The notes under the pieces are model-generated. The model was not told the origin of the DNA, made no database searches, and worked only from the letters and a program-made list of their open reading frames with translations. A program made the translations under genes and the position numbers. Below, piece by piece: positions 19,702-27,882 of a DNA stretch of 64,000 nt (position 1 is the first letter of the stretch; every line of letters begins with the position of its first letter). Origin of the DNA: Polyangiales bacterium (lineage in GTDB: Bacteria > Myxococcota_A > Polyangia > Polyangiales > Ga0077539); NCBI GenBank assembly GCA_044229975.1, contig JBGARZ010000006.1:480001-544000 (forward strand). The letters are read 5' to 3'.

Positions 19702-20466
19702 TCACCCGTCCAGCGAGACCAGCGCCGCCGCCACGTCGCTCTTCCACGCCGCCGGATCGATGCCCGGCGGGCACAACGGCACCACCCCGAAGCCACCGGG
19801 CCGCGTGAGTCGCTGGTCGTAGCGCGCGCCGGGGCAGTGCTTTCGTAGCGTGGTCAGCACGGTCGTGAAGTTGGCCATGCTCGACGGCGCCAGGGACGCG
19901 CCGAGGAAGGCGTAGTTCATCGAGCGCTCGTAGATCGCGAGCACGGTGCCCACCGAGCGCTCTCGCACGTACACGAAGGACTCCCGCAGCTCGGTGGTCT
20001 TCGTCGTCGTCACGGTCTTCGTCGTCCGCATCGAAAGCCCACCGGTGAGCAGCGCCCGCCCCGCGCTGAACGACTTCACCGTCGACTCCTCCGTGCTCGT
20101 CGTCACGCCCGTGCGAACCCCATGGATCAACAGCTCCACCGCCTCGTAGGGCACCTCGCGCGTGCGCCCGTCGCGCATCGTCGCCACCACCGCGCCCGGC
20201 CCGAAGGCCAGCGACGCGGCCATGTCCCGCCGTCGATCGTTGGCCACGTCATCACCGTCGAGCACGGCCGCAGCGAGCCCATCGGCCCGCAGCCCCTTCG
20301 CCTGCTCGTCGGCCAGCGATCGGTCGGCGAGCACCGCGACGATCCTGGGATAGTCCCCCGCGAGCCGGGTGCGCGCCTCGTAGGCCGAGATGCCTTGCCG
20401 CGCGCCCAACGCCACAGCAGCGCGGTCGAGGGCAGCGGGCGCGCGGAGCAGCGTCACCATGTGCAT
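19702..20466 (-). CDS. Hypothetical protein
   Basis: Plausible ORF co-oriented with the downstream genes; FSAGRALLTGGL segment. Confidence 0.6.
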   Translation of the reverse strand: MHMVTLLRAPAALDRAAVALGARQGISAYEARTRLAGDYPRIVAVLADRSLADEQAKGLRADGLAAAVLDGDDVANDRRRDMAASLAFGPGAVVATMRDGRTREVPYEAVELLIHGVRTGVTTSTEESTVKSFSAGRALLTGGLSMRTTKTVTTTKTTELRESFVYVRERSVGTVLAIYERSMNYAFLGASLAPSSMANFTTVLTTLRKHCPGARYDQRLTRPGGFGVVPLCPPGIDPAAWKSDVAAALVSLDG

Positions 20467-20601
20467 CGCGCCAGTGTAGTCGCGCGACGACCTGACACGC
20501 GCGGCCGTTGCATCGTTGACGAAATGTCCCGATCGACGATCGTCAACGCACGAATTCCCGAGAGATTCACGCGGCACGACGGCTGCTGTCGCCTCTCTGC
20601 C

Positions 20602-21258
20602 ATGAGCGCATCAACCCCCGACGACGTGTCTCCGACGACCCCCTATCGCACCGCGCAGTACGTCTGCCCGGTGGCTCCAACGGCGCCCTGGCGCGTGCTC
20701 TCGCTCGTGAGCTTCGGGCTCTCCGCGTTGGCGGTGCTGGTGACGCTGACGTCGTTCCAGCTCACCAGCTCGCTGGTGGGGATGGTGCGTATGCAGTCGG
20801 TGCAGCGGTCGGTGGTGGACCTTCGACGGCGCGCTCCTCCGCCGCCTGCTCTGGTGCAGGGTGTTCCGCCGTTGCCGCTGCCGGTGGAGGTCGCGCGGCC
20901 CTTGATGGACGGGATACGCCCCGTCGGGCGCGACGTGTACGTCGTCTCGCGCGGCGCCATCGAGGCGGCCATCAACAGCCCCGCGGCGCTGATGCGGCGC
21001 ACGACGATCTCCCCCGAGACACGCGACGGGCGCGTGGTCGGCGTGCGGGTGTTCGGCATCCAACCGGGCGACATGCTCGACAGCCTGGGCTTCGAGAACG
21101 GCGACGTGCTGCGCGCGGTCAACGGCTTCGACGTCGCGTCGCCCGACCGCTGCCTCGAAGCGTACACGCGGCTCCGATCCACCGACCGCATCGAGCTGAG
21201 CTTCGAGCGGCGCGGGCGCCTGCGTTCGCACATCTACGCCATCGTCTCCGGGGTGTGA
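20602..21258 (+). CDS. Membrane-anchored protein with a GspC-like PDZ domain
   Basis: TM helix, then GVRVFGIQPGDMLDSLGFENGDVLRAVNG...ERRG. Confidence 0.75.
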   Translation: MSASTPDDVSPTTPYRTAQYVCPVAPTAPWRVLSLVSFGLSALAVLVTLTSFQLTSSLVGMVRMQSVQRSVVDLRRRAPPPPALVQGVPPLPLPVEVARPLMDGIRPVGRDVYVVSRGAIEAAINSPAALMRRTTISPETRDGRVVGVRVFGIQPGDMLDSLGFENGDVLRAVNGFDVASPDRCLEAYTRLRSTDRIELSFERRGRLRSHIYAIVSGV

Positions 21259-21273
21259 GCCGGGCGGTTGTAC

Positions 21274-21373
21274 GAGCCCACCGTGCGCCGGAGTTCGCGT
21301 GACCCCATCGCGAGTGCGTGCAGTCGCTCACTCCGGGCTATTTCAGGTGGTCACCTCGCTGGGCGAGGTTGCA
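21274..21373 (+). repeat. Left arm of a 100-bp inverted repeat (hairpin/MITE-like element, family C)
   Basis: Reverse complement of 22990-23089 with 4 mismatches. Confidence 0.92.
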
Positions 21374-21407
21374 GCAAATCTCGGCTGACGATGAGCGAGT
21401 CGATGGC

Positions 21408-22961
21408 GTAAGCGTTCAGGCCCCAACTCCATTGGACAAGAGTTCGGGCGGGATGAGCGACGGCGCCACCACGCCGCGCAGCTTCGCGGAGATGGCGTCG
21501 CACAGGAAGGCGAAGACGCTCCGGGCATGCTGACGGCAGGTCGCCACGACGGTGAGGATGCGACCCGCGAAGACGCGCCCGGCCTCGCTGTCGCTCCCGT
21601 AGCTCGTCTTGCGCCAGATCACGCCGTGACGGATCTGCTGCTCGGCGAAGTTGTTGGTCGGCGGCACGCCCTCGTGATCGACGAAGGTCCACATCCGCTC
21701 GAACGTCTCCAGCAACTCGCCGCACGTCCCGCGGGTCTTGGGCGACGCGGTCTCGGCGCCCTCTTCGAGCAGGCGACGGAACGTTCGCTTCAGCCGCTCC
21801 ACCGAGCGCCTCAGCCAGTCCCGATCGCGGCGGCCCTGTTTCACCCAATGCCACCACGTGAAGAGCCGGTCGGTCTCTTTCGCCAGGCGCTCCCCCAGCG
21901 CCGCGTCCACGCCCCCGCGCAGGATGAACTTGGCCCAGTCGCGATCCAGGTGCGCCCAGCAGTACTGGATCCACTTCACCCCCAGCACGTCGTACGCGCT
22001 CCAGCGGTCCACCACCAGGACGCCCCGGAAGTCGATCAGCAGCTTCTTGGCCGACTCGCCCCCGCGGTCGGGGTGCACCTCGAAGAAGGTCCCCACCACC
22101 GTCGCCATCACCCACAACCAGCTCTTGCGGCGACCCCGCCACCAGCTCGTCTCGTCGGCGTGGGCCACCGGTTGCTGTCGCGCCGCCGTCTTGGCCGCCT
22201 CGACCGGCGCCTCCACGGCCTCGGAGACCCGCCGCAGCATCCGCACGATGGTGCCGACCGACATCGTGATGCCCAGCACGGTCAGGAAGAACGTCACGAC
22301 GTCGCGGTGGCTCTGCTTGAACTGCCCCACCAACGCGCCCATCAGCGCTTGCGCCCGCGGGCCCAGCATGGTCGTCGGGACGCCCGCCGGCAGGGCACCC
22401 CGGGTGCGCGCCGCGCAGCACGGGCAGGTCAGCTCGTGCATCTGGTACTCGGTGACGTGGGTGAGCTTCTGGGGGAGCTCGATCACCTGATGGCGCGTCG
22501 GCGTCGGATCCTCCCCCCGCAGGCGCTCGCCGCACGCGGCGCACGCTTCGGGCTTGCACGCCACAACGTCGTCGACCTGCTCGATCGGCAGCATCTCGCG
22601 CCGGTGCCCCTTGTGTCCGCGTTGCCCGCCCTTGGGGCGCCCGCCGCTGGGCGGCCGGGCGGGAGGGCCGTCGCCGGGGCCGTCGCTGCTGGGCGGTTTG
22701 GACGAGTTGCGCGAGGTGGTGCCCAGCCGCTCTTCGAGTTGCGCCACGCGCGCTTCGAGCAACTGCCGGTGCTCGTTGAGGTCGGCGACGTGCGCGAGCG
22801 CGATGTCCAGCAGCGACTCCAATGCGGTGTAGCGGGCGTGAACCGACGGCGGCGTGACCGCCAGATCGGCCTCGCTCACCGGCGGCAGTCGGTCGCGCCA
22901 CGACGTCACACGGCGATCGCTAGACGAACCCGGAGCTCCCCGCAACCCCCTGAACGGTTAC
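21408..22961 (-). mobile_element. IS66-family insertion sequence (single-ORF, ISBst12-like organisation), 1554 bp
   Basis: TIRs GTAAGCGTTCAGG and GTAACCGTTCAGG; perfect 8-bp TSD TCGATGGC at 21400-21407 and 22962-22969. Confidence 0.95.
21416..22909 (-). CDS. IS66 family transposase (TnpC-like)
   Basis: NSSKPPSSD, GGQRGHKG, CAACG and CPCC zinc ligands, HADET, VDRWSAY, QYCWAHL, PTNNFAEQQIR. Start uncertain (22909 GTG or 22945). Confidence 0.93.
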   Translation of the reverse strand: MTSWRDRLPPVSEADLAVTPPSVHARYTALESLLDIALAHVADLNEHRQLLEARVAQLEERLGTTSRNSSKPPSSDGPGDGPPARPPSGGRPKGGQRGHKGHRREMLPIEQVDDVVACKPEACAACGERLRGEDPTPTRHQVIELPQKLTHVTEYQMHELTCPCCAARTRGALPAGVPTTMLGPRAQALMGALVGQFKQSHRDVVTFFLTVLGITMSVGTIVRMLRRVSEAVEAPVEAAKTAARQQPVAHADETSWWRGRRKSWLWVMATVVGTFFEVHPDRGGESAKKLLIDFRGVLVVDRWSAYDVLGVKWIQYCWAHLDRDWAKFILRGGVDAALGERLAKETDRLFTWWHWVKQGRRDRDWLRRSVERLKRTFRRLLEEGAETASPKTRGTCGELLETFERMWTFVDHEGVPPTNNFAEQQIRHGVIWRKTSYGSDSEAGRVFAGRILTVVATCRQHARSVFAFLCDAISAKLRGVVAPSLIPPELLSNGVGA

Positions 22962-22989
22962 TCGATGGCTTGTTCGTTGAAACCAGTGT

Positions 22990-23089
22990 TGCAACCTCGC
23001 GCAGCGAGGTGACTACCTGAAATAGCCCGGAGTGAGCGACTGCACGCACTCGCGATGGGGTCACGCGAACTCCGGCACACGGCGGGCTC
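22990..23089 (-). repeat. Right arm of the 100-bp inverted repeat (family C)
   Basis: Reverse complement of 21274-21373. Confidence 0.92.
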
Positions 23090-23104
23090 ATACGAGCCCC
23101 GCAG

Positions 23105-23635
23105 TCAGAAGTTCACGCCCGCGCCGAACATCACGTTGAAGAAGCCCGGCACCGCTCCCCCGAGACCCACCGGGTAGAACTCGACGTTCACCGGGTCGAA
23201 GGAGAGGTGGAAGTGGTTCTGGAAGACGTACCGGACGCCGACGCCGACGCGGACGCCGAGGGCGGGTGACGCGCTGTTGCCGACGCTGGTCGCGAGGCCC
23301 ATGCCGACGCCCGCCGAGGGTGTGATGTACAGCGGGATGTTGGCGCTCACCGGGATCTCGACGCGCACGCCCGGCAGCAGCGAGAAGAGCGTGTAGCCCG
23401 CGCCAAAGCCGATATCGAGCGGAGCTTCCAGCATGATGCGCGTGGTGGAGTTGCGGGCGACGTTGTAGGCGACGCGGGCGCTCACGCGGGTCTGGGTTCC
23501 GATGGCGTCGACGATGCCGATGGACGGGCCGATGCGGAGGTCGAGGCTGGTGTCACCGAGCGTCTGCGCGGAGGCCGAGGACGAGGCGACGAGGGGGAGG
23601 GCGAGAGCGAGGACGGCGGCGGCGAGGTGCTTCAT
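23105..23635 (-). CDS. Small outer-membrane beta-barrel protein
   Basis: Signal peptide MKHLAAAVLALALP...SASAQ; amphipathic strands; C-terminal FGAGVNF beta-signal. Confidence 0.75.
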   Translation of the reverse strand: MKHLAAAVLALALPLVASSSASAQTLGDTSLDLRIGPSIGIVDAIGTQTRVSARVAYNVARNSTTRIMLEAPLDIGFGAGYTLFSLLPGVRVEIPVSANIPLYITPSAGVGMGLATSVGNSASPALGVRVGVGVRYVFQNHFHLSFDPVNVEFYPVGLGGAVPGFFNVMFGAGVNF

Positions 23636-23801
23636 GGCGATGGACTCCGACTGGTGTTGAGCGCTCCCGTCAGCGGGGCGCGCAGACACCCATCGCAACC
23701 GATGTGCCGCGCGGATTGACCGGGAATTCAGCCGCGAGCGCGAGGTGGTCGCGCCGACGTCGCGCGGGTTGAGCAACGACGGCTCGATCTGTCGCGCCCG
23801 C

Positions 23802-25481
23802 TCACCGCCGTCGCCAGACGTGCACCGGGCCGAACGCCTCGGCCTCGACGTAGCCCGACGTCACCACCGCCGCGAGCTCCGGCGCGTGCCGTTGCAGGTC
23901 CGCCAGCGCCGTGGCCTCGGTCATCCACGGCGAGCGGTCGATGAGCACGCACGCCGCCGGGGGATCGCGCCGCAGCCGCGCGAGCGCGTCGCCGATGTTG
24001 CGCCGCTGCATCGCCTCCAGGCCCCGCACCCGCGCGGGCTCCAGCGTGTTGCGACCCGGCGGCAGCAACAACCCCGCGAGGTCGATGCTCACGCTGCTGA
24101 TGAGCGCCGTCGCCGGTCGCCTCCGCGCGTAGAGCAGCACCGGGACGTCGTGCCCGTACACGAACACCCGCGCGTCGTTGGGGGTGTTGGCCCGCAGCCA
24201 CGCGGCCCCGCGGCGCAGCTCCAGCGGGAAGTAGTCCGGGATGCCCAACGCCGGACCAGGCGGCTGCGTGTTGATCTCGCCGTCGGCCATGCGCTCGTAC
24301 GCGAGGCACGCCGGCCACAGCAGCGCGCTCGTCGGCTGCAAGCTCACCGACCACGCCGCCAGACCCGCGCCCACCAGGCCCACCGAGAGCGCGGGCAGCA
24401 CCTTGCGCGGCGCTCGCTCGACCGCGGTGATCAACACCTGCACCCAGAGCAGCAGCGTGGCCGCGACGGTGACGTGCATGTGGTAGCCGAAGCCCTTGTG
24501 CTGGATCAGCACGATGCACGCCGCCGCCGCGGGCGAGAGGATCACCGGGAGGTTGCTCGCGCGCAGGAAGCGCAACCCGACGAGGGCGAGGCCCACCACC
24601 GTCGACGCCGCCGCGCCGCGCATCCAGGGGAAGGGCTCGGTCGAGTCGTGGAAGATGTCGCGCAGCGGCCGGTCGTAGAGCCCTTTGTAGAAGAGCGGCC
24701 CGTGCACGAAGCCCTCGCGGAGGTAGTCCGAGACGCTGCCGAAGACGAGCATGAACAGCAGCGCCGGGAGCGTCCCGAGCACACCGCCCACCACGAGATG
24801 CAGCGCGCCCTTCAGGCGATGACCGCGCGGCAGACACGCGAGCGCACCCACCATCAACGGAACGCCCATCAGCCCGAAGTACGGCTTGAGCGTGGTGGCG
24901 AGGCCGACGAGCGCGCCCGCCCCGAGGAGGGCGTTGCGGCGCCACCGATCGGACACGCCGAGGCCGATCGCGCGGGCGCTGAGGGCGGCGGCGGGCAGGA
25001 CGAACCACACGGCGAAGGCGTCGCGCTGCGAGAGGTGCCAGGGGAAGGTGCGGAGGTACTCGGCGACCACCGCGGCGCCGACGCACAGCGCAGCGACGAG
25101 GCGCGTGGAGAGAGCAGGAGCGCGGCGCGGGAGGAGGTACCCGGCGGCGCCGACAGAGGCGAGGATGGTGAAGAGTTCGAGGCGGCGGAAGCGCCCTTCG
25201 TCGAGCCCGCCGAGGTGCATGAAGAGCCAGTGCACGGCGTGCGAAAGCGGGGCGTTCATGTCGTGGAGGTCGCGGTAGTCGACGGACCCGCGCGAGATGG
25301 CCCACGCCACGAACTGAAACTGCGCCGGGTCGCGGGCGAGGGGCGAGCGGAGGAAGTGCGATCCGAGCGCGCGGAGCGTCGACACGAGCAGCGCGAGCGC
25401 CGAGAGGCCCACCACGGCGAGCGCGAGACGCGCGGTGATGGCGTCGAGGAGCGAGCGCAGTCGTGGCGGGAGCGGCGGCAC
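23802..25481 (-). CDS. Polytopic membrane glycosyltransferase (GT-C / ArnT-PMT-like)
   Basis: RDPAQFQFVAW...G.VDYRDLHDMNAP first loop, LATTLKPYF, multiple TM helices, AAWLRANTPNDARVFVYG periplasmic domain. Confidence 0.7.
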   Translation of the reverse strand: MPPLPPRLRSLLDAITARLALAVVGLSALALLVSTLRALGSHFLRSPLARDPAQFQFVAWAISRGSVDYRDLHDMNAPLSHAVHWLFMHLGGLDEGRFRRLELFTILASVGAAGYLLPRRAPALSTRLVAALCVGAAVVAEYLRTFPWHLSQRDAFAVWFVLPAAALSARAIGLGVSDRWRRNALLGAGALVGLATTLKPYFGLMGVPLMVGALACLPRGHRLKGALHLVVGGVLGTLPALLFMLVFGSVSDYLREGFVHGPLFYKGLYDRPLRDIFHDSTEPFPWMRGAAASTVVGLALVGLRFLRASNLPVILSPAAAACIVLIQHKGFGYHMHVTVAATLLLWVQVLITAVERAPRKVLPALSVGLVGAGLAAWSVSLQPTSALLWPACLAYERMADGEINTQPPGPALGIPDYFPLELRRGAAWLRANTPNDARVFVYGHDVPVLLYARRRPATALISSVSIDLAGLLLPPGRNTLEPARVRGLEAMQRRNIGDALARLRRDPPAACVLIDRSPWMTEATALADLQRHAPELAAVVTSGYVEAEAFGPVHVWRRR

Positions 25482-25483
25482 CG

Positions 25484-27787
25484 TCAGTACGCGAAGAGCT
25501 GGAGGGTCTTGAGCAGGTCGAGGCGCAGGCCGAGGTTGACGTCGTGCGCGAGCGCCCAATCCGCGCCCTCGCGATGGCGCGCGAAGAGGTCATACGAGAT
25601 GGTGACCGCGAGCGGCGCGAAGATCGGAACACTCAAGCGCGCGTTGAGTCGCACCAGGGTCTCGGCGGTGTCGGCCCAGGGCTCGCGCCACGCGGCCTCG
25701 GTGAAGAGCTGACCCTCGACGTCGCGGTCCTGGATGTGGAAGAGCGTCGTGGCGGGGAGCTCGGCGCGCACCACGGCGACGGGCTGCGGATGCGCCGCGG
25801 GGTCGAGCGACTCCCAGTCCATGCCGACGCCCGCGTTGAGGTTGGCGCGCAGCGGAAGCTCCAGGCGAAGGCCCGCCGTCGGGCGCCACTGGAGGTGGTG
25901 GTAGTCGCGGACGATGCCGCTGCCCGCCGCGTCGGGGCGCGTAAACTCCGATTCGAGGTAGCTCTCGATGTACGGCAGCGGCGTGTACCAGCGGCGGTTG
26001 CGCCAGAGCCCGCGCCACGCGAGGTGGTCGCGCAGGGCGATGAGGTCGGCGACCTTGAGGAGGCCGGTGTCGTCGGTTCCTTCGATGGTCTGCTGGTAGC
26101 CGAGGCGCATGCGCAGGGTGTTTTCGAAGGTGTACCGGGGCTGCTCGGCGTCGGCGTGACCCTCGGCGTCGACCTGGATGGCGGTGCCCTGCGAGCGAAT
26201 GAGCTGCGGGTCTTGATAGGCCGGGTCGGGGTTGGCCGTGATGGTGGTGTTGGCCAGGCTCGCGTCGATGAAGAAGCGAAACGTCCACCGCGTGCGCTGC
26301 GCCGGGTCGATGGGCGCGCGGGTGATGTCGCCGCCGCGGGGCGTCGCGAGCCAGCGCAGGAAGGTCTCGCGCGGACTGCCGACGGCGTCCTCCTCCCACT
26401 CGACGGCGTCGTCGTCGCCCATTCCGCCGTCGCCGCCGTTGGCCACGAAGCCCGTCGCCACCACCCGGTAGTACTGCGCGGCGTCGATGGGCCGACCGTT
26501 GACCTGCAACGCGTCCACGTCACCGCTCACGCCGCGCACCCGGAAGCGCGCGATGTTGGCCGACCGCATGAACGCCTCCAGCGCCTCGCCCTTGATGCGC
26601 CCGACGCGCAGCACGTCGTCGAAGGGCATCGCGCCGAGCACGTCGAGCCGCGACACCCGCTCCGTCAACGGGAAGGTCGGGATGGGTCGCACCGCGCCGC
26701 GGTTGATGACGGCGATCTCGGCGCGGGCGTCTTCGCGGACGACGTCGAGCAGGAGGTTGGTGAAGCCGTCGCGGTCGAGCGGTCGGGTGAGCCGCGCGCC
26801 CGGCAGCGCCTCGGTGGCGATGGTGCAGAGCTGCGCCCCGACGGCCTCGCCCAGCGCCGTCACCGCCGCGGGGACATCGCCCGTGGGCTCGACGAGCGAC
26901 GGTGTGGTGGGCGACGGGAGCTGCGTCTCGACCACGCTGCCGGGCTCGGTGGCGAAGACCCGCAGGGCTGATCCGCGCTCGATTTCCATGGTGGTGATGT
27001 CGCGGTTGAGGTCCTGCGCGAAGACCACATCGGGGCGCTGGTCGCGCGGGAGAGCGCGCACCATCCGCACCGTATCCGCCAGCGTCGCCGGCCACTCGGG
27101 GTCATAGAACGCCACCACGAAGCGCGCCCCCGCCACCCGCGCCGCGAGCACCGCGCGCCCGAGCGCCTCTTCGGGCGGAGAGAGCGTGACGCCCTCGGCG
27201 CAGTCCTGGGCGATGGCGTGCAGCGCGCCGGGTGCGATGAGCGCCACGACGCCGACGCTGCCCGACGGCGTGGGGAGCACCACCGGGTCGTCTCCGCCAT
27301 CGACGACGGCGTCGCAGAGGTCTTGCGCGGAGGCTTCGCAGCGGAGGTTGCTGAGCACGGTGCGGATGCCGCGTTCGGAGAGGGCGCGGGCGCGGGCGAT
27401 GACGTCGGCGCGCGGCGCGGAGAGGTCGCGGTGGCCGACCGCGAGGGCGCGCAGCCCGGAGGCGACGACGGCGTCGACGAGGGCCGGGAGGTGGTCGCGC
27501 GTCGCGAGGTGGGCGATGGCCGAGGCGCCGAAGAGGTCGCCGCCGTCGAGGCGAAGAACATCGTCACCGGTGGGATGCTGGAGCGAGCGGGCGAGGTCGG
27601 AGAGGGCGCCGCCGCGCTGGCCGGTGGGGACGCAGGCGAGGCGCGCCGCATCGCCCTGGAGGCCCGACGACACCACGAGACGCAACGGCGCCGCGGGAGC
27701 GGCAGGAGGCGGCGGGGTCTGCGCGAGCGCGGTGGTCACCGGGAGGAGCGAGGCGACGACGAGGGCAAGGCGAGACGCGGGGCGCAT
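25484..27787 (-). CDS. Secreted 5'-nucleotidase-like domains fused to a C-terminal putative beta-barrel
   Basis: Signal peptide; LDGGDLFG, VLSNL, AEIAVINRGAVR, LGAMPFDD, VNGRPID...YRVVATGFVANGGDG (5'-nucleotidase C domain); beta-strand-rich C-terminal third. Confidence 0.7.
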   Translation of the reverse strand: MRPASRLALVVASLLPVTTALAQTPPPPAAPAAPLRLVVSSGLQGDAARLACVPTGQRGGALSDLARSLQHPTGDDVLRLDGGDLFGASAIAHLATRDHLPALVDAVVASGLRALAVGHRDLSAPRADVIARARALSERGIRTVLSNLRCEASAQDLCDAVVDGGDDPVVLPTPSGSVGVVALIAPGALHAIAQDCAEGVTLSPPEEALGRAVLAARVAGARFVVAFYDPEWPATLADTVRMVRALPRDQRPDVVFAQDLNRDITTMEIERGSALRVFATEPGSVVETQLPSPTTPSLVEPTGDVPAAVTALGEAVGAQLCTIATEALPGARLTRPLDRDGFTNLLLDVVREDARAEIAVINRGAVRPIPTFPLTERVSRLDVLGAMPFDDVLRVGRIKGEALEAFMRSANIARFRVRGVSGDVDALQVNGRPIDAAQYYRVVATGFVANGGDGGMGDDDAVEWEEDAVGSPRETFLRWLATPRGGDITRAPIDPAQRTRWTFRFFIDASLANTTITANPDPAYQDPQLIRSQGTAIQVDAEGHADAEQPRYTFENTLRMRLGYQQTIEGTDDTGLLKVADLIALRDHLAWRGLWRNRRWYTPLPYIESYLESEFTRPDAAGSGIVRDYHHLQWRPTAGLRLELPLRANLNAGVGMDWESLDPAAHPQPVAVVRAELPATTLFHIQDRDVEGQLFTEAAWREPWADTAETLVRLNARLSVPIFAPLAVTISYDLFARHREGADWALAHDVNLGLRLDLLKTLQLFAY

Positions 27788-27882
27788 GGGATGGGTGATC
27801 GCGGATAAGCGATGCGCGCGGGTGGTGGCAAGCGGGTCGGGCGAACACGGGACGCCGGAGCGCTGGTGTACCTTCCGGGGCG

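Noticed and set aside
21274..23089. Reading the 100-bp arms as the IS66 terminal repeats
   Set aside because: Canonical GTAA TIRs and an 8-bp TSD lie internal to them, so the arms belong to a pre-existing element
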